Assembly: GCF_963506605.1 (NCBI RefSeq)
Contig: NC_083276.1
Coordinates: forward strand, 48,732,001-48,796,000
Length of the DNA stretch: 64,000 nt
From: Zootoca vivipara
Lineage: Eukaryota
Direction: 5' to 3'
Below, piece after piece: positions 1 to 18,113 of the stretch (its first letter is position 1; every line of letters starts with the position of its first letter). Made by a program: the position numbers and the translations under genes. Under the pieces are notes generated by a model. That model was not told where the DNA came from, searched no databases, and was given only the letters and a program-made list of their open reading frames with translations.

Positions 1-235
1 TTCTCCTTACTGAAGCTTCGATGTCTTAGCTGAAGTAAAAGAGAACCTCAGATCCTTAGTAATGTGGAGCTCCTGTAAAAAGGGGGGGGGCATTGTGCAG
101 CATAATGATCTCTGTCAAAACTGAAGAGCCAAGAAAAAACAAATCGGAGCACTAATAATACTGAGGTCCACTGCTACCATACCCTATACAAAAATTTTGA
201 CATTTGCCTCAGGCATTGGTAACAGTAGCCAATTG

Positions 236-326
236 CTGTGGTAGAGAATCTGCTTAGTGTGCAGAAGGTCCCAAGTTCAATCTCTGGCACCTGCAGGTAG
301 GGTTCGGAATGTTCCCTGCATGAAAC
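236..326 (+). mobile_element. tRNA-derived SINE fragment (Squam2-like)
   Basis: A/B-box-like TGGTAGAG...AGAAGGTCCCAAGTTCAATC head typical of squamate SINEs. Confidence 0.6.
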
Positions 327-339
327 TAATAATAATACC

Positions 340-384
<45 letters not shown>

Positions 385-425
385 TTATACCCTGCCCATC
401 TGGTTTCCCTAGTCACTCTCAAAAG
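327..425 (-). repeat. (TAA)n microsatellite tail plus L2-type 3' end
   Basis: AAT repeats followed by tttataccctgcccatctggtttccc, reverse complement of the unit at ~1000-1106. Confidence 0.65.
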
Positions 426-673
426 CTGCTGCCAACTCCCAGATGCACAGTGACCACCTAGCCCAGCCACATTCCTCAGTACTAAAGAAGGGGCAGAAGT
501 GTCTCCTTGTTCCTACACAATGACAATCACACTTCTCCTGGCACCAACAAAATGAAAGGTTGGGTAGCTGTAGGCCAAGAAGTTGGAGCTGTTGCAGTGA
601 TATCGACAGGGCAGGCCAAAGGTGAAGGAACCTCACACCCTTTTCCTTGTGGATTTGCTTTTGCCTAAATTAC

Positions 674-741
674 CTCTAGTATGATGCCAGCATTCTCAAC
701 CCCATTTGTATCTGCAGCATCCTGGAGGTCAATTTGTTCCT
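674..741 (-). CDS. FAM180B: FAM180B coding exon 2
   Basis: 68 nt, polypyrimidine+AG acceptor and GTAATT donor, phase-compatible with exon 1. Confidence 0.7.
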
Positions 742-1058
742 CTGGAAAAACAATAGAGAAAATAGTATTTAAAATCAACATCACCTATCCTCCTTCTCAT
801 ATATGCCTGATTTTCTGAGATTTCTTTTATTGTGTTAAATATTAACCTGAGGTCAAAATCTCAGTTATAACACTCATTATAGAATAATTCTGAGTTATTT
901 TGTAATGTATGTAATTAGGGAGGGAAGGAAGTTGACAGTCTCTAGTGGAGTGTAATGATGTGAACGTATATTATTGGAATATAAATGGAATATATATATT
1001 GGAAACTGCCCAGAGTGGCTGGGGAAACCCAGCCAGATGGGTGGGGTATAAGTAATAA

Positions 1059-1108
<50 letters not shown>

Positions 1109-2672
1109 AGAGGCGCCTGCAAGAAATATAACATCTGCTGTTTCTGTAGCTTTCCTTATTGTAGACAGCTTCCAGCTTTCCCTTCTAGAGTAATTCTCCC
1201 CAGAGTCATGGAGAAAAACTCACAGAAGTTGCTCGGAGAATGAGGCTGTGCACTTTTGCTTAGAAAAGATGATGCCTCCACCCAGGTTGCAGTCTCCTGA
1301 TCAAAGCCAGCTGCCTTCAATTTTGGATTGAAGCTCAGATTGCAGCTGCATTTCATTACTTCATAATACATAATTCAGGAAGTCTTTTGAGACTGACAGG
1401 CAGGAACAGAAATATTCCATTAAAATAACACCAATGGTGAAGGTAGTGTAGTTCTCAACATCTGTTTTGTTGAGTTCATCCAAGTGACTTCCAAGCCTTT
1501 AAAAAGAAAAGAAAAGGTACTGTTGGCAGTGGCAGACATCCTATGCCTTCAGTAAATGATCTGAAAAGCCCTATTTTGTGCCACCTTTAAAAATATTGCT
1601 TTTCCCCTGGCCGTTGCCACCCGAGGTGTATGTTCTTGGGACCCATCCAATTATTGTGAATGTGGTTTGTTTTAGACTGCTGTATTTTAAATTGTTGTAA
1701 CTTAACCTTTAACCTTTAACTTAATCCTTGTAGTGAAGTATAATAAATTGAAAATAATAATAATAACCCTGCCACTTTTTTTTTAAGGAACAAGAGCTGC
1801 TTGCCTAACCAGGATCTGGCAACTTCACATTTGATTACCTTACCAATGCAATCATATCACTACGGTAAATGCAAACCCCTGCTTCTGTTCTGAGAGTGAC
1901 GTATCAAGAAAACGGCTACTGAAATTCAGTATATAAATAGACCAGTCAGAAACTAGCCTTCTCTGGAATTGTTAGTCCAAAACCATTTGCCATTTTGTGA
2001 ATGCAACAGCGCGAGCAGCAATCGGAAGCAGAATACAGCAGCAGAGTAAACCACTGCAGAAATAAATAAAGATTATAATTGAAAAAACATACCACTGCAG
2101 AAATAATACTAATAATAATAAAGTCAAGATTTTCTCACAAAGCACCTCCCTCACAACTACCACCTATGTTTGAAGGCTGCTGGAAAATCCCCAGATGATG
2201 TTAACATGCTATTAATTCCAAGAGAGAAAAGCTGCATGTCCCATACAAACAGATGCTCGTTTCAGGGATTAAACGCAGGAAAAGTCGTCGATACTTATAG
2301 CGTTCCTTAGAAAGTATGTGAAAGGGGTGTGTGAAAACTCAGCAGAAAGTATCTGTGTCTGTTTAACTGTCTCACTCTAGCAAGATCCTGACTTATTTTC
2401 TTAGGCACAGTAGCAATCCTTTCTTGCGTTTTATCAGATAACCTTAGTCCTGAAGAAAGCCCGTGAAAAACCCGCCACTGGCACTCATGCACAAAATAGC
2501 CTGAACAGTTGCCTTGATAATAACAGAAATATATTGGCTGCCCACCACAGAGCAGACATCTCCAGTTGTGGGTGAGCTTCCTACCTGTCTGTCTCCGGGA
2601 TCCAGCAAACACACAGAGCATCAGAGCTGCCCACAGGCATGTTCCAAAGTGCAGCCGCAACACCTGGGCCAT
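674..2672 (-). CDS. FAM180B: FAM180B-like secreted protein, first two coding exons (partial; last exon beyond the left edge of the window)
   Basis: Exon 1 2672-2585 encodes the signal-peptide-like MAQVLRLHFGTCLWAALMLCVFAGSRRQT with donor gtagg. Exon 2 741-674 has acceptor ttccag, encodes (E)EQIDLQDAADTNGVENAGIILE and has donor gtaatt. Phases match (1 then 0). The exon-2 end resembles FAM180B ...PEVMFE|LLW, and the position next to NDUFS3 matches amniote synteny. Confidence 0.7.
999..1106 (+). repeat. L2-type LINE 3' end with (TTA)n tail
   Basis: gcccagagtggctggggaaacccagccagatgggtggggtata + (ATT)n. Confidence 0.65.
2585..2672 (-). CDS. FAM180B: FAM180B coding exon 1 (signal peptide)
   Basis: ATG at 2672, 88 nt, hydrophobic leader, GT donor at 2584. 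Confidence 0.7.
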
Positions 2673-3773
2673 GTCAGGAAGAGTCCTTACCCCCTTCTGC
2701 AAATAAAACACTTTGGGTGAACCTGAAGTCGTTCGCTGCCGTGTAGTTTCTTTCTCCTCTCTTTACAGTCCAAGAAGTTGTTGCTGAGACAGCTGGCATT
2801 TCTCCAATTCCAGCCCAGGGAAGGGCTTCCAGTTCAATTCACAGTTCCATCGCAATACAAAAGAAAAAGAAAAATCCTTGAAGGCTCAGGCTCAAGATTC
2901 TCTGAATGCTCTGCCAACGCAAGTCCCATTAATTTCCACTTGGAGCATCGGGCTGTTCCTTATTTGGTTTTTGGCTCACCAGGTTAAGACTTTATGATTC
3001 TACCCCTTCCCCCAACCAGCTGCTAGCTCTTAAGAAAAGAAAGAACATGCTCTTAATAAGCAAGGATTTATACTGACAATTTGAAATGTGCATGGCCATA
3101 AACTAGTCCTCCTTAGAAAGGCCCATGGAAGCTGCCTGAAGGACAATGGAAGAGCAGCTTATTTCATTTTGCTTCAAGTCATTCTTTTCCCCCCTTAACG
3201 TTTGCTTTCCAGCACTGAAATCCAACAGAAATTCTGACATGCCACAGGAGGGTGGAGCTGGCAAATCTATGCCAGAATGTATTCAGTAGAGAGGAAAGAA
3301 AGGTCAGAGTTGCTCTTGGAGGAGAAAGAGGAGTACAGTGGCCTATCAGAAACCAACACACACCCAACCGTCTCCATCAGCCAGCTATCTCCACATGGGA
3401 GGACCAGTTTTTGATATTATCATCCGTTTCAGCCATTCATAGGAATTTTCCACAGCACTTCCCCACCCCCCTGGATTTCAGGAAAAAACAGGATTTACCA
3501 CCTATATTCCTGCAAATCCACTATGGCACTCCAATTGTTGTTGGGACTACATCTCCCATCATCCCTCATCATTGGCCGTGTGGGCTGGGGCTGATGGGAG
3601 CTGGAGCCAACAACCGGAGGGCCTCAGGTTCCCCATCCCCTGCTATAGAATCTCTCTCTTTTAGCACCATCCCAATGTTTTAAAAGGGTTGCTGGATTCT
3701 ATATATTTAAATAATTTCATGGGGTGGGGGACTGGTAAGAAACTTTCTGCACCTCCCCAGTTTTTTCCCCCTT

Positions 3774-4019
3774 GAGAGCCAGTGTGGTGTAGTGGTTAAG
3801 AGTGGTAGAGTCGTAATCTGGGGAACCAGGTTTGCATCTCCGCTCCTCCACATGCGGCTGCTGGGTGACCTTGGGCTAGTCACACTTCTTTGAAGTCTCT
3901 CAGCCCCACTCACAGAGTGTTTGTTGTGGGGGAGGAAGGGAAAGGAGAATGTTAGCCACTTTGAGACTCCTTCGGGTAGTGATAAAGTGGGATATCAAAT
4001 CCACACTCTTCTTCTTCTT
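3774..4019 (+). mobile_element. Full-length tRNA-derived SINE (Squam3-like) with (CTT)n tail
   Basis: GAGAGCCAGTGTGGTGTAGTGGTTAAGAG head, B-box-like GGTTTGCATCTCC, 3' CTTCTTCTT. Confidence 0.8.
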
Positions 4020-4615
4020 GAACCAATATCAAACCTCATCCAGTGCCCCAATTCTGACTCCCCTACTCGCCGGTAAGCTCGGTTAAGAGCCCCGGACAGA
4101 GTGGGGTGGTAGTCGAAGGGGCCATTTTGAGCGTCACTGTCACCCTCGCGGCTGCAAAGCTTCGTTGCCGGCGGTGGAGAGCAGAGGATTCTCCCACAGC
4201 AAAAGACATTGAAATTGGGAAACCGTGAGTAAAGGATTTAAAAAGTTTAAGATTTGATGAAATTGGCCACGGAAGAGGCTTAAAAAGGGAGCCGACCTCT
4301 TCCAATTGAGGGACTGAGATACAGTAACCTGATCCCTTGCCGGGAAGGAGAAAAGAAGTATCTAATTTACTAACAATTGGCCTAAAAGAAGCCCCCCCCC
4401 CCCCGGAAGCCAGATCCAGGCCCCTGGAAGGAACAGCGATCAGACTTTGAGTTGTGGAATTGCTAAAAAGAAGAAGTGGGGGCATGGCTGAAAGAAAGTT
4501 AAAGGAAAAGATGCCCAGATTGGGAAATAAAATGGAGTGCAATGTTTTGGAATAAGACTGCCACCATTTCCTGTGTTGCAATTTGCTGTTTTCCCATGAG
4601 ACTGGAATAGATAAG

Positions 4616-5032
4616 ATGGCTCTAGACTCAACATCTGTAAAAGACCAGCTGTGGCAAAAGATTCTCTCAGAACTCTTTGACATTAAAAAGGAACGGAAGG
4701 AACTGAATTTGTACACCAAGCAGCTGAGGGAATATAATAAAGATTCAAGAGAGGTGAATGGAGAAAACTGCATGGAAAATAGGACTGGAATAGAGACTAT
4801 AAAATTGGACATAGAGGACAAAGAGGAATTACCAACACTGGACATTTCTAAGGTGCAAGAAGAAGCTGTACAATTTGAAGAGAAGGATGAGGAAGAATGG
4901 CAGAACGTTCCACAACTGGGAGATGTGGAACAGAAGAAGGATTGGATGCAAGAACTTTTCAAGGAAGAACCAGGGTGGGCCTTTGCCCCCCCAGTGAGAG
5001 AGGGGGGGAGAGGGCAAACTCTGGGAAGCTAG
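4616..5032 (+). CDS. Retroelement-encoded 138-aa acidic coiled-coil protein (ORF1-N-terminus-like)
   Basis: Intact ORF MALDSTSVKDQLWQKILSELFDIKKERKELNLYTKQL... with heptad hydrophobic pattern; strong AAGATGG context. Confidence 0.5.
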   Translation: MALDSTSVKDQLWQKILSELFDIKKERKELNLYTKQLREYNKDSREVNGENCMENRTGIETIKLDIEDKEELPTLDISKVQEEAVQFEEKDEEEWQNVPQLGDVEQKKDWMQELFKEEPGWAFAPPVREGGRGQTLGS

Positions 5033-5486
5033 AAAGAGAGGTATAGGTGGATGGGGGAGGAAACAGCAGAAGTGGGGCAAAAATGTTTTGTGGAAATTTT
5101 GGGAAAAGGTGGGAGGGGGTTAATAGATTATAACGGATGGTAGGGATGGATATAATGGAAGGCCCAATACTGGTATGGCATATGGACTTCGTTGGTAACT
5201 CCTGGGGAATCTGGATCTGGGGCTAGGGGCGGAAATATATTATTATGTTTAAAACAATATAATGATGTAAGGGTTAATACTAGAATGAAGAATCATTGTT
5301 AGTAAAAAATTATAGGCTAAGGGAATATCTTAAAAGAAGGAATAAAGGGTAATTAGAGAGAATTGGATTGTAATATGAGATTAAAGGTGATATTAATAGA
5401 ATATGGATTATAGCTGAATATAGAAACAAAGGATTGAGAGAGTAATGCTTTAAGATGTGTTAAATAACAATGAATACTGTCTAAAT

Positions 5487-6179
5487 CAGTGATGGGCAAC
5501 CTTTTGACCTTGGTTTGTCAAAATTCGCCAAAAAACCGAGCATAACTTGGGTAGTGTGTCACTTCGAGAAAAAAACCATAATTTCGTGATATTTATAGTT
5601 TAAATAACAAAAATGTATAATTGTAATATATAACTGTTTTTAATAAACCAAAAACTAATTATTTAACCAAACCAAACACCAAACTCCTTATTTATCACAA
5701 AGTGCCCCGAGTTGTTGAGCTTTTTGGGGGGAGCTGCTGACCAAAGTTTTGGAGGTTTTTTTGGGGGGTACAAAAGTTGCTTTGCTTTTTTGGGGGGGGG
5801 TGCCCCAAAGCTGCTGCGCTTTTTGGGGGGGGAAGAGAACAGAAATAAATGATGAATAATACCTTCGCTGGAACTAACACGCAGCACCGGCATAATCTGC
5901 CAAAGTGCCAAAAAAACCCAGCACAGAACGGGTTAAAAAACAAACGCTGTTACACCCAATCATAGTCTGCCAAAGCGCCAGAAGAAAACAGCACAGAAAG
6001 GGATAAGAACACCAATCTCTTGCTACCAGCAACAACAACAACAACAACAAAAAGGATCCGGAGAACAAATGGGGGGGGGGGACAACAACAACAGCGTGAA
6101 TGGGCCGATGGGGCGCGTGCCAGCAGTGAGGGCTCTGCGTGTCACGTCTGACACACGTGTCATAGGTTCGCCATCACTG
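5487..6179. mobile_element. Non-autonomous hAT-Charlie element, OposCharlie1 (OC1)-like
   Basis: TIRs CAGTGATGGGCAACC / GGTTCGCCATCACTG; perfect 8-bp TSD GTCTAAAT (5479-5486, 6180-6187). Confidence 0.85.
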
Positions 6180-7679
6180 GTCTAAATAATACTGCAATAG
6201 GGACTCAAGGTGGGGGGGGTGTCAAGGGAGTCCAAAGTGTTATGACCAAGATATAAGTTAGAATTTTTGCTTTTTGTATTTTTTCTTTTTTCTGTTTTGT
6301 TTTTTGTATTCTTTGTATGCTTTTTGTTTATGAAAATCTCCAATATATCAAGTTTGACCCAATGCTGTGGTTCAGTTCGCACAACAGATGTTTGCAGGTG
6401 CAATGGAATTCCCCCTTCCTTTCCCCTGCAGCCCCCTCATGCACCCTCAACATGTATCCCAGAGGGATGTGGGTCCTTCCAAAACAGATAGGGCAGTATT
6501 CAGAGGAAGGAGAGGGAAGGAAGCGCCAGTGTGCAAATGTAATCCACTTGTGCAGCGTTGAGATACAACCCAAATCCCATACTGACACACCAATATCTAG
6601 AGGGCCTTGATGTTGTGTATTTCAAACCTGCAGTCAAAACAGTATTGAGCCCATAATCCTTTTCATTTTCATCTTTCCCAGCTACTGTATCATTTTCAGG
6701 TTTGGGGTGTCCAACAGGCTGAATCTCTTCTTCATCTCATTAGGAAGAGAGACAATAAAAGTGCCACAGTATCTTAACTCTACCCTTCTTTCCATAAAGA
6801 ATCCAAAACAGGTCTAAGCACACACTAATCCATGGAGTTTGATTCATTGCATCTAAGCCAGTTTTCTGGAAATTTTACCAAATTGGGTACTACCTAGAGG
6901 TGCGTGTGAGCAACCTCTAGAACATCGTTCTTGTTGACAAAGGATCGCTGAAACATCAAAAATGGCCCTGGACTTGTCATTTAAGTTCACTCCAGTAATT
7001 CTTGACAATCTGCAAAATGTTGCAAAGGCACAAATCCATTGTACGGAACATGGCAAATGCTCCCCATTATCTAGAAAAGGGGAAGGTGTTTGGGAAGATT
7101 CACCCCCCTCTCCCTCCCATGCAAAGTGGAAAGCACTCTCTAGCTGATTAGCTCCACATGTGCTGAACTCCAGCTGCTCAAATCTCTGCAGTGAGCTTTG
7201 GCACAACTTCTGTTGTCTCTCAGAAATCCCCCGTACTGCTGCAACAGCAGCTTTTTTAAACAAATGCAATTTAACTAGAACAAAAGCTTAAAACATCTGG
7301 ATTCCAAACATTGTTCTGGGTTCAAACCCTCAAGAAATGAAACTTTCCATATAATATATCTGAGGTCAAATTAAATCTATTGTTTGCAGCCCTCCACCCA
7401 CTTATTCTCCCCCTTCTTTTATCACACCCAGTTCTCTATATTACATCCTATGCTGAGGAATGGGGAACCTGTGGGCCTCCTGGTGTTTCTGGACCACAAT
7501 TCCCATCATCCCTGACTACTGGCCATGTTGGCTGGGGCTGGTGAGAACTGGGGGTCTAACAACATCCAGAAGGCCACAGCCTCCCCATTCCTGTCCTAAG
7601 CCCTGCAACGATCGATACCTTGCTTCTGTAGAGTGTTTAGCTCACTTTTGGTGTTAAATGTTTATTCTCAATAGAGGAG

Positions 7680-8426
7680 TGTGACGGATTAGCCTGGTGG
7701 GCAAAAGAACTCCAGGGTGCAGAGAGTTAAACCCCAACCTCCTGGATAAATGACGCATTCCATTCCTGAGGGGCAGGACTGCCAGGAGTTTAAAAGGAAT
7801 GGGAGGGAGTTAATTCGGTTGAGAGGGTTGTGGGAGCGAGGGAGAGTGTGGGTAGGCGTAGGAGATCTTAAAGTGTTCTGAAGAGTTTAATTAAGTTATA
7901 TTATCTAGCCATTGTTAATTGAAACTAAGAATATGATCTAAGAGCCTGTACACATGAAACCATTACGCATTTAAAAGTCATCTAGTCTAAATAAACCTTT
8001 CTTAAATGTTAGTGGATGTGCTTAGTTATTCCAGCTGGGTATCTAAACTCACAGAAGTGGTGGCTCAATAGAGGACAAAACTTACCTCAGGAATAGAGGC
8101 AACGGTTTGTGTCTTAGAGTTACACGGAGGAGGCTTAGGAGGATAACCTGGGGTGCTACAAAGTTGCCAGAGTGGAAAGGGCAAACTTTTGCAGTGGGGA
8201 ATCAATCTGACTGAGACCCTTTACTGTAGGCAAGAGGTTAGTCCGTCAAACAGCCTAGAGTTTATCAAGATACCAGGCCACGTAAGCTGGAAGACTCTCT
8301 TTACTAAGGAACCCAAGTAACAGGGGTTTATTTTAAGGCGGCAGGAGAAGTGGGGGGTAGTGGTTTCACCCCTGGATTCCTGTGTCACATTTTTAGTATT
8401 AGAGAGGGAGGACCTTTTTCGTTACA
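7680..8426 (+). mobile_element. Solo LTR (Gypsy-like)
   Basis: TG...CA termini with short inverted repeats TGTGACG/CGTTACA; 5-bp TSD AGGAG (7675-7679, 8427-8431); internal TATA-like TTTAAAA and AATAAA near 7989. Confidence 0.85.
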
Positions 8427-9195
8427 AGGAGCAACCCGAAAACCACAACTCATATTGCTCTACATTTCAAGGAGCGGCCTTCTTTATGGCCACATTCATT
8501 ATTGAGTAACAAAGCCATATGCTTGCGGTCACATTTACTGCAGCATATTGGGGGGGGGGGGCGTCACAAATGAATTGGCAGATAGAGACATTAATAAAAT
8601 GTATCCAACTTCATGGCCTAGAGAATTTCTCAATAACCCGCAGATACTGCTGCCAGTGTCCTCCAACAGCAGCTGCGTGACCACAGCCTGTTCTAAGACA
8701 CACAAATAGGCCTAACAATCCAATAGACTTTGTGTGCAGCTGCACTAGCAGTTGGATGCGATCCGTTTTGCTTGTTTCAACAACAAAAAAACACATAAGT
8801 TTTCCAGCTACACAGAGTACTCAATAATTCTAGGATGGAGCCTTTTACTAAAAGTGAAAAAGCAAAGCTGGAACTTTGGTGCCTGAAGTATCTCTGGGCA
8901 ACTGAGGGTCTGTGCTTGCAAACAGTTGATGGTCATAAAGCATCTTCTCCTTTCTTGAGGTTTTTGTTTCTTTCCTGAAGGGAAGCAGAGTCCACTGTTC
9001 TTGTAGTGCTCTTTTTTTAAAACAAAAACACACACACAACCTCCCCAATTCTTTGTACTTTTCCCTGATGCTCCTTTGTATACCTTTAACCCTCCTCCAA
9101 TCTTCTGGATATTAATAGCACCTTATGCATGTTTCACAGCCAGTTTAAAAGCTGCATTTCCCGCACATATCAGACAAAAAAACCATATGTCTTTT

Positions 9196-9201
9196 TTTAT
9201 T
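9196..9201 (-). terminator. NDUFS3 polyadenylation signal AATAAA
   Basis: tttatt on + strand ~90 nt past the stop codon. Confidence 0.7.
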
Positions 9202-9287
9202 GATATTTAATATATATAAATACTTATATCAAACAGGAAGGTAGTGATACAGGGATGTCCCTGGCTTCCTCTCCTTCCTTCCTGCTG

Positions 9288-17776
<8,489 letters not shown>

Positions 17777-18094
17777 CTTCTCCTCCTCAGGGTCCGGAGC
17801 CGGAGCCTCACAAGGACACCGAGCGGACTCGTAAGGCGCACGCGCGCCATCGAGCCCTCTCTCCTATTGGTCCGACGTAGCAGAAAGCGCTGCGTCCCGC
17901 TCACGCAAGCTTCCACCACCGGAAAACCAATCCGCGCGAGGGGGCGGGACGAAATGATCCGGAAATCAGAGGCGCGCGCGCGGACCGGGTGATTGGCCAG
18001 CTTCCGGGAGCGGTTGAAAGAGCGGCGTCGGAAAGTGCAGCCCCTTCTGGTGTCCCCCTGTGCCATTCCCGGTGCGAAGTTCCGAGCCGGCGGG

Positions 18095-18113
18095 ATGAAG
18101 GGAGGAGCCTCAA
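18095..18113 (+). CDS. KBTBD4: KBTBD4 coding exon 1 (MKGGAS)
   Basis: Matches the MKGG N-terminus of the long mammalian isoform; gtaag donor; in frame with exon 2. Confidence 0.8.

Larger units (their letters stand above)
4055..6345 (+). mobile_element. Non-autonomous L1-like (HAL1-like) element, copy A; ends approximate; interrupted by a hAT at 5487-6179
   Basis: GC-rich 5' part with YY1-like GCCATTTT, single ORF 4616-5032, purine-rich then T-rich L1-type 3'UTR. Shares several blocks with the element at 23463-25392. Confidence 0.7.

Noticed and set aside
7-73. Possible acceptor (ttttacag) for FAM180B exon 3
   Set aside because: In-frame translation ELHITKDLRFSFTSAKTSKLQ* stops quickly and lacks the FAM180 domain (LLW.GLE). 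The real last exon is probably outside the window.
174-470. 98-aa ORF with poly-Leu resembling a signal or TM segment
   Set aside because: The poly-Leu is just the (TAA)n microsatellite read on the minus strand, flanked by SINE/LINE fragments.
3774-3850. tRNA-like A/B boxes (also near 236, 14048 and 28740)
   Set aside because: These are SINE heads with SINE bodies/tails and no complete cloverleaf, so they are not called tRNA genes.
4063-4962. 299-aa antisense ORF across retroelement copy A (possible ORF0 analogue)
   Set aside because: Ser/Phe-rich mirror of a purine-rich sense ORF, with a non-ATG start and no equivalent single ORF in copy B; most likely compositional.
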